Under the pieces are notes generated by a model. It made no database searches. It saw only the letters and a program-made list of their open reading frames with translations, and was not told the origin of the DNA. Source: Turneriella sp. (GTDB lineage: Bacteria > Spirochaetota > Leptospiria > Turneriellales > Turneriellaceae). Taken from it: DNA of 64,000 nucleotides. The stretch spans positions 160,001 to 224,000 of the forward strand of contig CBDIID010000003.1 of assembly GCA_965279515.1 (NCBI GenBank). The letters run 5' to 3'. A program made the translations under genes and the position numbers. Shown here piece by piece: positions 1-9,702 of the stretch (its first letter is position 1; each line of letters opens with the position of its first letter).

Positions 1-39
1 TCCAAGTATCTGTATTAGATGCGCGAACGGTTTGCTCAT
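1..39 (-). CDS. 5' end of a cassette ORF (MSKPFAHLIQILG...), truncated by the window edge
   Basis: ATG at 39-37 just after core site GTTGTGT (56-50); frame open to the window edge. Confidence 0.5.
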   Translation of the reverse strand, partial: MSKPFAHLIQILG

Positions 40-49
40 GGCTAATTTC

Positions 50-265
50 ACACAACGTGGAATTTACCTGACGTTTGGTGACACTTGTGTCATTAATTCA
101 ACCAGAAAAGCCGCCTTGTGTCACCAAATGTGCCCGGAGCGCCTCGCGGCAAAGCACAAAACAAGCGTCCCGCTTGTGCTTTGTCCGCGATCTTCTGGCG
201 CGTAGGGCCGAGCACCCGAGGAGCCACGGCACCGCAGGGAGCGCAGCAGGTAAATTTTGTTGGGC
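50..265 (-). repeat. attC-like repeat R1 (type A)
   Basis: acacaac...aatttacctg...caggtaaatt...gttgggc; 216 bp with internal stems. Confidence 0.9.
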
Positions 266-269
266 GAAG

Positions 270-1745
270 TCATTCTGCTAACGTTCGAGCTTGGTTCTTA
301 AGGTAAAGAAAAAGGCTGAATATCGCCGACCTTGCTATTCGCGTTAAGGAATCTAGGTCTTTCAAAAGTTGCTCTCTTGATACCTTTTTTATTGGGCCAC
401 TTGCCGTTTCAAAGATTGAACTCTTGGTCAATATCAGGGTGGAATGCTCAAGGATGTTACGGTATTCCTTAAAGAAGCGAAGTTCGCCAGTCTTCGATTG
501 AAGGTCCGTGGCAATGCTGTATAAGGCTATGAGATTGAAATTTCCCTCGCTGAACACGGCGTTCTTAATTGTGGGGTAATTTCGCCAGAAAGATTCGAAG
601 AGAACTGATTCGGCAGCGTGGAATTTGATATTATGGCAAAGCATCAGGCCAACTGCAATTTTGTCGAAAACACCATAAATGTAGCGGAACCCGGAAATCA
701 AGCTTAAGTCTGGCGTAAGGGTGGGAAAAAATTCCAAATTTGAAGTCGTGGCTTGATACAGGAGAGAACGACCAATATGAAAATCTACGATAATGCGATC
801 AAATATATGCTTAATGTTGACCGCCGATCGAAGCGAGCGGTTCTTAATGATCTTTAATGTCTCACTTTTGTCAGCAAGAATGTCGTTTCGACCTGCGGAA
901 CAGGAACAATAGTTACTATGTTGTGAAAGGAAAAGACCTCTCTTCAAGCAAAATGATGCCAAATCACCGTAGGAAGTATCATCCAAAACATACTCGAATC
1001 GGTGGCGCCGATCATCCTGTGTGAATTTGAAGCCCATACGCTTCAAGATTTCCCGGATGTATTTTAATTTGGTCCTTAGAAAATCTTTGCTGCCATATGG
1101 CGTAGCAAGGCGAATGGCTTTTCGGAGATGGTGAGACATAGAGAAAAGCATCTGGGGAGTGAACCGGTCCGAAAGATCATTTAACAGCTCCAAAGCCGTT
1201 ACCTTGCTAGCATGTGCTTCAAATCGATCTGGATTTATACTAAGGGCCTGTGAGTAGAAAAATAATGCTTCCGTTACTCGACCGGTGCAATTCAAGGCAT
1301 TTGCGATATTTACGAGAAGCTGGTCCTTCATGTCCTCATCATGGTCAGATAATTGTTTTAGACTGCGCCAATAATGATTTTTAGCTTCTATGACGGTTTG
1401 TAGGTTTTCAGCTGAATAATCGTTGTTTGAATGTCGCCTATGGTCAAATATCGCCTTTTTAGCATTTCCGAGATTGTACTGGAATGAAGACTTTGAATAA
1501 TATTTCTCATATCGCTGCACTTGAATGATCGCTAAACCTTTTTCAATGATATCAAGCCGCATTTGGTACGCGCCAATGTCAGTTAGAAGACAACCAGCTT
1601 TGTAATGAGAATTAATCTTGAAAATCGAGTCTTCGAGTCTTGGAAAAATATTCTCCAAGAAATTCAGAACCAAAGCCATTGCTTCGGCACTATTACCTTC
1701 ATCTACTAAGCGGTCTGCTGTTTCTAGATCAGAATGTATCGTCAT
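270..1745 (-). CDS. TPR + HEPN protein (LA2681-like), cassette C1
   Basis: TPR-like helices (YNLGNA, ANALNCTGRVTEALFFYSQAL) and C-terminal RxxxxH motif (YRNILEH). Start set at MTIHSD because the ORF-track TTG lies in the core site. Confidence 0.75.
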   Translation of the reverse strand: MTIHSDLETADRLVDEGNSAEAMALVLNFLENIFPRLEDSIFKINSHYKAGCLLTDIGAYQMRLDIIEKGLAIIQVQRYEKYYSKSSFQYNLGNAKKAIFDHRRHSNNDYSAENLQTVIEAKNHYWRSLKQLSDHDEDMKDQLLVNIANALNCTGRVTEALFFYSQALSINPDRFEAHASKVTALELLNDLSDRFTPQMLFSMSHHLRKAIRLATPYGSKDFLRTKLKYIREILKRMGFKFTQDDRRHRFEYVLDDTSYGDLASFCLKRGLFLSQHSNYCSCSAGRNDILADKSETLKIIKNRSLRSAVNIKHIFDRIIVDFHIGRSLLYQATTSNLEFFPTLTPDLSLISGFRYIYGVFDKIAVGLMLCHNIKFHAAESVLFESFWRNYPTIKNAVFSEGNFNLIALYSIATDLQSKTGELRFFKEYRNILEHSTLILTKSSIFETASGPIKKVSREQLLKDLDSLTRIARSAIFSLFLYLKNQARTLAE

Positions 1746-1772
1746 GCGGTCTTGTCTTGGCAGAATGATTTC

Positions 1773-1988
1773 GCCCAACGCGGAATTTACCTGACGTTTG
1801 GTGACACCTGTGTCATTAATTCAATCAGGAAAGCCGGTTTGTGTCACCAAATGTGCCCGAAGCGCCTCGCGGCAAAGCACAAAACAAGCGTCCCGCTTGT
1901 GCTTTGTCCGCGATCTTCTGGCGCGTAGGGCCGAGCACGCGAGGAGCTACGGCACCGCAGCGAGCGCAGCAGGTAAATTTTGTTGTGC
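1773..1988 (-). repeat. attC-like repeat R2 (type A)
   Basis: gcccaac...gttgtgc, 216 bp, near-identical to R1 and R3. Confidence 0.9.
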
Positions 1989-1994
1989 GATGAT

Positions 1995-2684
1995 TCAGCG
2001 GGCTTTGGGTGTCAGCGCCTTGGGGAAAATGGCAAAAAAAGCCCCTTGCAACTGACACATCATAACTAAATTTAAGCCATTAGCCCTGATGAAAACTTTA
2101 CCCTTATTAAAGTACGTCAATGATTTGCCTGAAAATTTGGCCATGCTTCTGTGTTGCTTTGCGGCCTTAATGAAATCGAAAGCCGCGTTTTTGGGCAAGT
2201 CCCTATCTGCAACCTGACTACTGAGCAGAGCATCCAATGAAACTTGCTCGTCAGATTTATGGGCTATAACAGGAAAATTCTTTGCCAATTTTACGCCGTA
2301 TTCTTCGGTTAGACTCAAAGTTTCATATCCTGAATTTCCAAGGGTATTCGCTTGGTCAATTTCCCAATATTTGCCAATCAGAAAATCTTGGGCTTTTACA
2401 GTGGAAAACTGAAAGGCGGTGCCATTTAAGAACTGTTGGATGGTATCACACATTTCAGGAATCTCTGGTTTCGAAGCACAATTCAGAGCAGTAGCATATC
2501 TGGCTATTTCTGTATCTGTGACGTCTGTCTTAACTTCAGCTTGGTCATAAGGAACTCCGCCCCTGTTATAAAGGTCTTCCATGCCAAATTCGCGCAATGC
2601 CATTTCTCGCCTGCTATGCCGACATGAGTATAAAACTAGCGCGGAAGAAAAGAGTATGGTCAGAGTTCTTAAGTCTTTGTTCAT
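1995..2684 (-). CDS. Putative lipoprotein, cassette C2
   Basis: MNKDLRTLTILFSSALVLYSC signal peptide with lipobox-like Cys. Confidence 0.65.
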   Translation of the reverse strand: MNKDLRTLTILFSSALVLYSCRHSRREMALREFGMEDLYNRGGVPYDQAEVKTDVTDTEIARYATALNCASKPEIPEMCDTIQQFLNGTAFQFSTVKAQDFLIGKYWEIDQANTLGNSGYETLSLTEEYGVKLAKNFPVIAHKSDEQVSLDALLSSQVADRDLPKNAAFDFIKAAKQHRSMAKFSGKSLTYFNKGKVFIRANGLNLVMMCQLQGAFFAIFPKALTPKAR

Positions 2685-2723
2685 TTTAGATCCCAATAAT
2701 CATATCTGGCCCGCTGAATTTTC

Positions 2724-2939
2724 GCACAACGCGGAATTTACCTGACGTTTGGTGACACTTGTGTCATTAATTCAATCAGGAAAGCCGCCTTGTGTCACCA
2801 AATGTGCCCGAAGCGCCTCGCGGCCAAGCACAAAACAAGCGTCCCGCTTGTGCTTGGTCCGCGATCTTCTGGCGCGTAGGGCCGAGCACGCGAGGAGCTA
2901 CGGCACCGCAGCGAGCGCAGCAGGTAAATTTTGTTGGGC
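2724..2939 (-). repeat. attC-like repeat R3 (type A)
   Basis: gcacaac...gttgggc, 216 bp. Confidence 0.9.
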
Positions 2940-2955
2940 GAAGTGCATTTTCGGA

Positions 2956-3966
2956 TTATGGTTTGCTAAGAATTTTCGTCTTTATTCGATCAAACAGATT
3001 CTGTTTCTTTTCTGGATTTGATCGATCGAAGACTCCATAATGGGCGCGGGCGATTACTAGATGGGGGAATTTGCGCTCAACCACCTCTGCAATATGGTTG
3101 TATAGCTCAATAAGGCTTTTCATCGCGCGCAGGCATTCATCGCGATCAAGTGGGACAATACCCTCGTGAATCAGCCGGTTTCGTAAGTCATATAAGTCAT
3201 TCTTCCAACGGATTACAAACTCGTTTTTTGTGTAGGACAAGTCGGCATCTACGTTTTTCCCAATATGGCGTTCCAGTTTCGGCTTAAGCGTATTTTCTTC
3301 AATGATCTCATCAATCTCTGCATCATTTCGCTGCTGGATTTTGAGGATATTCCGTAATAATTTGTTTACATATATTTCAAATGAGGTTTGGAGATCAATA
3401 ATGCCCATTTTGTACTGGGAGTTCGCCAGCTTTTGCTTCCCTAAGAAGAAATGCTCGTTGACCCTACTTAGGTCAAGTTTATCGTTCCAACGCCTGAGTA
3501 TTTCAATACTATTTGTAAAGTTTTCCTCTGTAAAAGATTCGAAATTGTGATCGTGTAATTTTCCCGGATCAGTAACATACATCGTAATCTGACCCCCAAT
3601 CTCAACAGGAATCAACATTGGAAGATCTGTTATCCCAATCGGAACCAGGTGCATAATTTCCTTTTCCGCAACCAATGCGGCCAAAATGGAATTTATCTCA
3701 TAAATACCTAAGTGCACGAACCTCTGTATCTGCGCTTCAGAAAAATCAGACATCTTTTTATTCTCGAATGCAGGAAATTCTACTTCCACTAGAGTGAAAT
3801 CCAGTTCCGACTCTACGCCAATATTCTCGTAATAGTTTGGAACAGAGCTTCTGCCTCGGCGCTTAGAGAAAGAAATTATTATAATATGATCTCTCGCATA
3901 ACCTATTTCGAGGCTCAATTTTTGAGGAGCGGGAATATTGTATGGCAGGAGGTAGATAATTTTCAT
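2956..3966 (-). CDS. HEPN-domain protein, cassette C3
   Basis: C-terminal LRNRLIH (RxxxxH) preceded by an SFEIYV helix; ATG at 3966 directly after the cassette terminal repeat. Confidence 0.7.
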   Translation of the reverse strand: MKIIYLLPYNIPAPQKLSLEIGYARDHIIIISFSKRRGRSSVPNYYENIGVESELDFTLVEVEFPAFENKKMSDFSEAQIQRFVHLGIYEINSILAALVAEKEIMHLVPIGITDLPMLIPVEIGGQITMYVTDPGKLHDHNFESFTEENFTNSIEILRRWNDKLDLSRVNEHFFLGKQKLANSQYKMGIIDLQTSFEIYVNKLLRNILKIQQRNDAEIDEIIEENTLKPKLERHIGKNVDADLSYTKNEFVIRWKNDLYDLRNRLIHEGIVPLDRDECLRAMKSLIELYNHIAEVVERKFPHLVIARAHYGVFDRSNPEKKQNLFDRIKTKILSKP

Positions 3967-3977
3967 AAATGCATTTC

Positions 3978-4193
3978 GCCCAACGTTGGATTTTACGCTG
4001 ACGTTTTTTGACGCCTGTGTCATTTATTCAATCTGTAAAGCCGAATCGCGTCAAAAAATGTGGTCGTAGCGGCTCGCGGCGACGCGCGAAAACACACCTC
4101 CCGGTGTGCGCGTCGTCCGCGATCTTTGCCGCGAAGACCCGAGCACGCGACCCAACGGAGTGGTCGCGGCGCAGCGCGTAAAATTTGTTCTCT
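3978..4193 (-). repeat. attC-like repeat R4 (type B, variant last arm)
   Basis: gcccaac...ttttacgc...gcgtaaaa...gttctct, 216 bp. Confidence 0.88.
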
Positions 4194-4280
4194 GCCGTAG
4201 CTGCACTTGTGAGCCTAGGCACGGATGCCTAGGCGACTAAGATCGGTAAAGTTACCGCCGGCATTCTACTTATTTCGGAT

Positions 4281-4895
4281 ATGAGCTCTTGCTCAAAAAC
4301 AATGTTTACGGCTTTCGAAGCCATAATTTCTGGTCAGGCTTTTCTTATGAGTCTTAATTCCTTATTTAATTTTCGTATCTCATGTACATGTTTCTTACTA
4401 CTGCTTTTTAGTACTTCCATAAAAGCGGCTGAATTGCCTGGATTTGATGTCGGAGTTTTAGGCAATGTATATGATACCATTAAGAGTGATGGCAGACCTC
4501 TGGCCTGGGGTAGTGGAGCTGGTGCTCTCGTTCACTGGCAATGGTCCGCGGATTGGCGAAGCGGAATGCAGATTGGATGCATAAGCGTCTGTGCTGGTAA
4601 TCTTGAAATCGGTTATCGAGCACAAACAATCTCTTATTCTCGGTTTCGGTATCCAGAACGACTGATTTATTATATCATCGGTTTGGGTATTCATGAAGTT
4701 TGGTTGCGTTTTGTCACGGGGATCAATTCAGTTAAGAACTATGATTCGCAACTTGGACTCGGTGTTGGATTCAGTGTGCACGCGTTTAAAATAGGCGATT
4801 TCTTCTTATCCTACGGAATAAATTTCTACATCATTAATGAATATATGGCATTTGGCTTAGGTCAAGCTTTTGCAGCTCTAGCGTTTCGGCTCTGA
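4281..4895 (+). CDS. Hypothetical exported/outer-membrane protein, inverted cassette C4 (start may be 4347)
   Basis: Only long ORF in the cassette; signal-like segment and alternating beta-strand pattern. Confidence 0.5.
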   Translation: MSSCSKTMFTAFEAIISGQAFLMSLNSLFNFRISCTCFLLLLFSTSIKAAELPGFDVGVLGNVYDTIKSDGRPLAWGSGAGALVHWQWSADWRSGMQIGCISVCAGNLEIGYRAQTISYSRFRYPERLIYYIIGLGIHEVWLRFVTGINSVKNYDSQLGLGVGFSVHAFKIGDFFLSYGINFYIINEYMAFGLGQAFAALAFRL

Positions 4896-4965
4896 GGAGA
4901 GATAATACATAACTGCGACGCGGCACCGCCACGGAGGGCGGTGAAAGAAAAAGTGCAGCTATGGC

Positions 4966-5179
4966 AGAGAACGTGGAATTTACCTGACGATTGGTGACAC
5001 TAGTGTCATTAATTTAATCAGGAAAGCCGAATTGTGTCACCAATTGTGCCCGGAGCGCCTCGCGGCAAAGCACAAAACAAGCGTCCCGCTTGTGCTTTGT
5101 CCGCGATCTTCGGCGCGTAGGGCCGAGCACGCGAGGAGCTACGGCACCGCAGCGGCGCAGCAGGTAAATTTTGTTGGGC
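4966..5179 (-). repeat. attC-like repeat R5 (type A)
   Basis: agagaac...gttgggc, 214 bp. Confidence 0.9.
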
Positions 5180-5222
5180 GAAGTGCACTTCAGTCGGCGA
5201 AAGCATGTTTTAGCAAAGACTA

Positions 5223-5723
5223 TTAGTCTTTTAAACTAGATTTAATAATTTTTATAAGGCTTACAAGATAAATGACCAGAACGCCTGCGATTGACCAAAC
5301 CTCAGGCGATTTGACCCAATCCATAAGAACGAACGGTGCAAAGAACATTGCCCAAAAACTGGGATTCCGAATTTCTTCTCTTCTTGCTAGGGATGTTATG
5401 AGATTTTCAGCAGGCTTGAAATTAGCATAGTAAATGGCTAAGAAAAACAGAAATATCGAAAACAGGGTAAAAACTATGAAATATAGAGCAAAAATCTTAG
5501 AGAATCGATCTTGAATTCCTAATTTGTAGGCACAAACCAGTACCGATATCGAATAAACAAGAATGTAATAATTGAACCAACCGTAAAAACTGCTAGGAGA
5601 ATTATCCGTGAAAGGATTGAAAATTAGATAAAGCAAGATCAAAGCTGATGCTATCAAAAATGCAGCAAAACATGCAATTGCTCTAGATTGACCTGACTTT
5701 TCATAAGTAATAGAGTTTCTCAT
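5223..5723 (-). CDS. Membrane protein (~4 TM), cassette C5
   Basis: 166 aa with several hydrophobic helices. Confidence 0.65.
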   Translation of the reverse strand: MRNSITYEKSGQSRAIACFAAFLIASALILLYLIFNPFTDNSPSSFYGWFNYYILVYSISVLVCAYKLGIQDRFSKIFALYFIVFTLFSIFLFFLAIYYANFKPAENLITSLARREEIRNPSFWAMFFAPFVLMDWVKSPEVWSIAGVLVIYLVSLIKIIKSSLKD

Positions 5724-5793
5724 CAGGTATAAAGGACTAAGTTAGAATAAAATGTATTTGTCTATAGCAATGAATTATTACTCTGTGCATTTC

Positions 5794-6010
5794 GCCCAAC
5801 GTGGATTTTACGCTGACGTTTTTTGACGCTTGTGTCATTTATTCATTTTGGAAAGCCGAATCGCGTCAAAAAATGTGGTCGTAGCGGCTCGCGGCGACGC
5901 GCAAAAACACACCTCCCGGTGTGCGCGTCGTCCGCGATCTTTGCCGCGGAGACCCGAGCACGCGAGGAGCTACTGCACCGCAGCGGCGCAGCGCGTAAAA
6001 TTTGTTGGGC
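5794..6010 (-). repeat. attC-like repeat R6 (type B)
   Basis: gcccaac...gttgggc, 217 bp. Confidence 0.9.
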
Positions 6011-6027
6011 GCAGTAAACCTTCGGTT

Positions 6028-7038
6028 TCATAAGGATCGCATGCTGAGGGATAGATTCAGAGACATTTCCAGTGTCGTATCTTTGAGTATCAGTTCTATG
6101 GCTAGCTGTAACGATTCCAGAGCTTCCAGCATGTCAATATTCCTTCGATTCAAACTATGGGCCACGTCATTTCTCAATTGTCTAAGTTTATCAATTCTTT
6201 TCAATACGCTGATATCGATAACTTCTGCGATTTCTAAAATATTGCTCATAACGCCCGCTGTAAAATCTCGACCCTCAAGAAACTTGCGTCTGTCTGCATT
6301 TATTCGCGAACTAGAGTCACGTAGATTAGTCAAGTACGTAGAATATGTATCTTTAAGTATTGCTTCAACAATGAACCAGGAAAGCACAATTGTCAGTCTG
6401 TAATTAGTCTTCTTGAACTCACTTATGGCTTTGCTCAGCGAATATATGGATTCTGAAAGGCTGGGCGAAGCACAGACAGCAATAAATAGTTCAAACGTGG
6501 ATTGGAGAATCGTCAAGGGCAAAGGCCAGCGAGAAGTTAATCCGAAGCTAGCTCTTAAGGGAAGACCTGGTCGATGTGTACTCCTGAATCGCTGCATGAA
6601 GTAATGGCCAACAACCGAGTTTGGTGGTATACCGGCACTGGTTTGGTTATTTTCCTCGTATGTGGTGCGCTGAGCGTCAGTTGAGGTTATTTCTCGAAAC
6701 TCAAACTGGGCAGATTTTTTTTCTCTAACTGTTACGCCATCGAGAATTAGAGTGTAGATGTTGCATAACTTAAGATACTCATTCCAAAGTTTTGCTCCAT
6801 GTTCAAAATCAGCGGGCTCGTTCTCACCCTTAACTTGCCCTTCTAATTTTTCATGACTAATCTCAACCATGCCATCACGTGCAACTCGAACAATTATGCC
6901 GTCTTTAGAATGACTTGAAACGATTTCAGAAAAATATTCTTCAAAATCCGGTCTGAGTTCTAATTCAGCCCAATTCGGCTCCTCGCCTGCCCAGAACGGG
7001 GGATTAGTGTAAAAATAAGTAAAATTTGCTTTGCTCAT
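6028..7038 (-). CDS. HEPN-domain protein, cassette C6
   Basis: C-terminal LRQLRNDVAH (RxxxxH) and upstream SWFIVE helix. Confidence 0.72.
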   Translation of the reverse strand: MSKANFTYFYTNPPFWAGEEPNWAELELRPDFEEYFSEIVSSHSKDGIIVRVARDGMVEISHEKLEGQVKGENEPADFEHGAKLWNEYLKLCNIYTLILDGVTVREKKSAQFEFREITSTDAQRTTYEENNQTSAGIPPNSVVGHYFMQRFRSTHRPGLPLRASFGLTSRWPLPLTILQSTFELFIAVCASPSLSESIYSLSKAISEFKKTNYRLTIVLSWFIVEAILKDTYSTYLTNLRDSSSRINADRRKFLEGRDFTAGVMSNILEIAEVIDISVLKRIDKLRQLRNDVAHSLNRRNIDMLEALESLQLAIELILKDTTLEMSLNLSLSMRSL

Positions 7039-7064
7039 TCGGTCTTATGCACTAGGTTTATTGC

Positions 7065-7280
7065 GCCCAACGTGGAATTTACCTGAGGTTGAGTGACGCT
7101 TCGTTCAACTTTGTGTTCTGTAAAGCCATATTGCGTCACTCAATCTGCCCGAAGCGCCTCGCGGCAAAGCACAAAACAAGCGTCCCGCTTGTGCTTTGTC
7201 CGCGATCTTTTGGCGCGTAGGGCCGAGCACGCGAGGAGCCACTGCACCGCAGCGAGCGCAGCAGGTAAATTTTGTTGTCT
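7065..7280 (-). repeat. attC-like repeat R7 (type A')
   Basis: gcccaac...gttgagtgacgc/gcgtcactcaat...gttgtct, 216 bp. Confidence 0.9.
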
Positions 7281-7294
7281 GCAGTTCTGGGCCA

Positions 7295-7960
7295 TTAGTG
7301 GATATCTATCGTCACTGCACCAAATAAGCCAGTGGCGTACTCAACATGGGCTTTTTCTCCTTGTCTTGTCCTTAAATAGACTGCTTTGCTCACACTTAAG
7401 TACAGGTTTTCAGAACCATTGCCATGCGTCAGCACCAGGTGATTACGCGGTCCCTTGCCATTTGTTTCGTATCTTTGAACTACATTCATTTTCTCAATTC
7501 TGCGTTCCTTAATGCTCACCATATTAAGCAACGCGATGAAGAAAATAGTCGGCAGAGAGAAAAGGGCTGCGTAGTAAGCAATGCGCGGTATCCTGAATTC
7601 ATACTGGTAGCCGCGGAAAGTAAGAGCCCCGTAAAAAATCAGCATGAATGCAGCTAAGAATAATAGCCCAAAAAAAAGGATTGGGAGGAAATTGAGCCAA
7701 TTAGCGGACGAGACCACAATACCGAAAAGAAAATTTGATACGATTATCCCTACTATCGGGGCCCGCAATGGCAAAGGCTCAAAGTAGAGCGGTCTTCGAG
7801 TAAAACCCACGGAAATAATAATGATTACTAGGTTTAGGCCAGAAGCAAGTAGAATTCGAAAATTGTTCTGTGGATCCGTGAAAATTAGAATCAAAATGAA
7901 AATCAAGTAAGAGTATTCTCGAACTTTACTGGACTCAAAGTATTTATAAAGTAGTTGCAT
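7295..7960 (-). CDS. Membrane protein, cassette C7
   Basis: ~5 TM segments plus a small soluble C-terminal domain. Confidence 0.65.
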   Translation of the reverse strand: MQLLYKYFESSKVREYSYLIFILILIFTDPQNNFRILLASGLNLVIIIISVGFTRRPLYFEPLPLRAPIVGIIVSNFLFGIVVSSANWLNFLPILFFGLLFLAAFMLIFYGALTFRGYQYEFRIPRIAYYAALFSLPTIFFIALLNMVSIKERRIEKMNVVQRYETNGKGPRNHLVLTHGNGSENLYLSVSKAVYLRTRQGEKAHVEYATGLFGAVTIDIH

Positions 7961-7979
7961 ATGCTTGGCCCAGAATTGC

Positions 7980-8195
7980 AGACAACGTGGAATTTACCTG
8001 AGGTTGAGTGACGCTTCGTTCAACTTTGTATTCTGTAAAGCCATTTTGCGTCACTCAATCTGCCCGGAGCGCCTCGCGGCAAAGCACAAAAACAAGCGTC
8101 CCGCTTGTGCTTTGTCCGCGATCTTCTGGCGCGTAGGGCCGAGCACGCGAGGAGCTACGGCACCGCAGCGGCGCAGCAGGTAAATTTTGTTGTCT
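7980..8195 (-). repeat. attC-like repeat R8 (type A')
   Basis: agacaac...gttgtct, 216 bp. Confidence 0.9.
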
Positions 8196-8224
8196 GCAGT
8201 TCGCCTTTAAAAAAATCATTGGGG

Positions 8225-8842
8225 TTATTCTGATTGTATGTAGGTGAATTCTAGTATGGGCTTTCGGGCCTGTTCACGCTGGATAAGACTTCTTAGCTGT
8301 TTTAGTTCGGTCTTGACTTTTTCTAGTTCATGCTCTTGCTTGAGTTTTTCCAGAGCGTTCGTTTCTTTCCTGATCATAGTGATTAATCGCTTCTCTGAAT
8401 TCTCAAATAAGGTGACCGAGGAAGGGGCATAATCAGGTTCTTCCTGACTTTCCTCGTAATGGCTGCGGCTATTTGAATAAGATTCAACTTTGAACTTGTA
8501 CTGGGAGTATAAAGCGTCAAGAATGGAAATCAACCTTTCCTGAGGACATTCGAACCCTGCTGCGCCACCAGTAAGATGATTCATGTGCAGCTCCTTGCCG
8601 AATTTCTCTTTCAGATAATTGATAACCTTGAAAACATCCGTAGGCCCGCTGATTGCTACGCGTAATGTTGGAATTAATTGATAACTAGGTTGCATCGCAA
8701 CTGAGCTAAAAATGGGCCTAAACGCCTCATAAGTCATAGGTCGATCTTGGGCTATTGTTTGCCGGCCAGTACAATAGGCGCTAAGCAGCACCGAAAGCAG
8801 GAAAACTGTATTCTTTTTTCGGTTCCAAATTCTTAGTTTCAA
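8225..8842 (-). CDS. Putative lipoprotein with coiled coil (possibly DUF4349-like), cassette C8
   Basis: CAGGAG RBS before a TTG start; LLSAYC lipobox-like; C-terminal coiled coil. Confidence 0.6.
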   Translation of the reverse strand: MKLRIWNRKKNTVFLLSVLLSAYCTGRQTIAQDRPMTYEAFRPIFSSVAMQPSYQLIPTLRVAISGPTDVFKVINYLKEKFGKELHMNHLTGGAAGFECPQERLISILDALYSQYKFKVESYSNSRSHYEESQEEPDYAPSSVTLFENSEKRLITMIRKETNALEKLKQEHELEKVKTELKQLRSLIQREQARKPILEFTYIQSE

Positions 8843-8865
8843 AAAAATCTCCTGTGGCGAATTGC

Positions 8866-9081
8866 AGACAACGTGGATTTTACGCTGACGTTTTTTGACG
8901 CTTGTGTCATTTATTCAATCTGTAAAGCCGATTTGCGTCAAAAAATGTGGTCGAAGCGGCTCGCGGCGACGCGCAAAAGCAAGCGTCCCGCTTGCGCGTC
9001 GTCCGCGATCTTTGCCGCCGAGACCCGAGCACGCGAGGAGCTACGGCACCGCAGCGGCGCAGCGCGTAAAATTTGTTGGCT
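8866..9081 (-). repeat. attC-like repeat R9 (type B with A-type tip)
   Basis: agacaac...gttggct, 216 bp. Confidence 0.9.
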
Positions 9082-9113
9082 GAAGTGATGCGTTGGGAGA
9101 TTACGCTTTGCCG

Positions 9114-9674
9114 CTATTTTAGAACCTTCGATTTTCGTTTATCAACGTCACTTAAGTAAAGAAACCCGGGAACGGTACCGCTATTTGTACCCCCCTTAAA
9201 AGGAACTGTAGCTCTGAATTTGAGGGGAAACATCTGTTTTGCATTCTTTTTGAGGGCCTTGTAATTTTCTTTCAATTCTGCCGCCTCGGGTTTTATTATT
9301 CCGTTCCAGAACGCAATTTGTTTAGTCCTGGCAATAATTATCGGGTGAACATAACCCAAATCTACCGTATCACTTGGTGTAATGTAACCAATAAAGGCTG
9401 TTCCATCGGCGCTGATAAATTCGGCCCGGACAACAAGTTGACCGGTAAATTCAGTAATTTCCTTGAGATCTGGGCGAGGGCGGACGGTAGCTTCATCTTG
9501 ACCTTCAATACCTTCTTCGTCCAAGGCAAATTCCCATACCGGACATTGCTCGATATCTGAGATTTTCAAATCGTATACTTGTTTTCGGATTCGCATCTGT
9601 GCCGCCAAATTCGTGACCAATAGTATCAATGTAATAAGTGGGGGAAGAGCTCGTCTGGTCAGAGAAATTATCAT
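9114..9674 (-). CDS. Hypothetical exported protein, cassette C9
   Basis: 186 aa ORF with a signal-peptide-like N-terminus; fills the cassette. Confidence 0.65.
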   Translation of the reverse strand: MIISLTRRALPPLITLILLVTNLAAQMRIRKQVYDLKISDIEQCPVWEFALDEEGIEGQDEATVRPRPDLKEITEFTGQLVVRAEFISADGTAFIGYITPSDTVDLGYVHPIIIARTKQIAFWNGIIKPEAAELKENYKALKKNAKQMFPLKFRATVPFKGGTNSGTVPGFLYLSDVDKRKSKVLK

Positions 9675-9702
9675 GTAAACATCTTAGTCATCGCATCATT
9701 TC

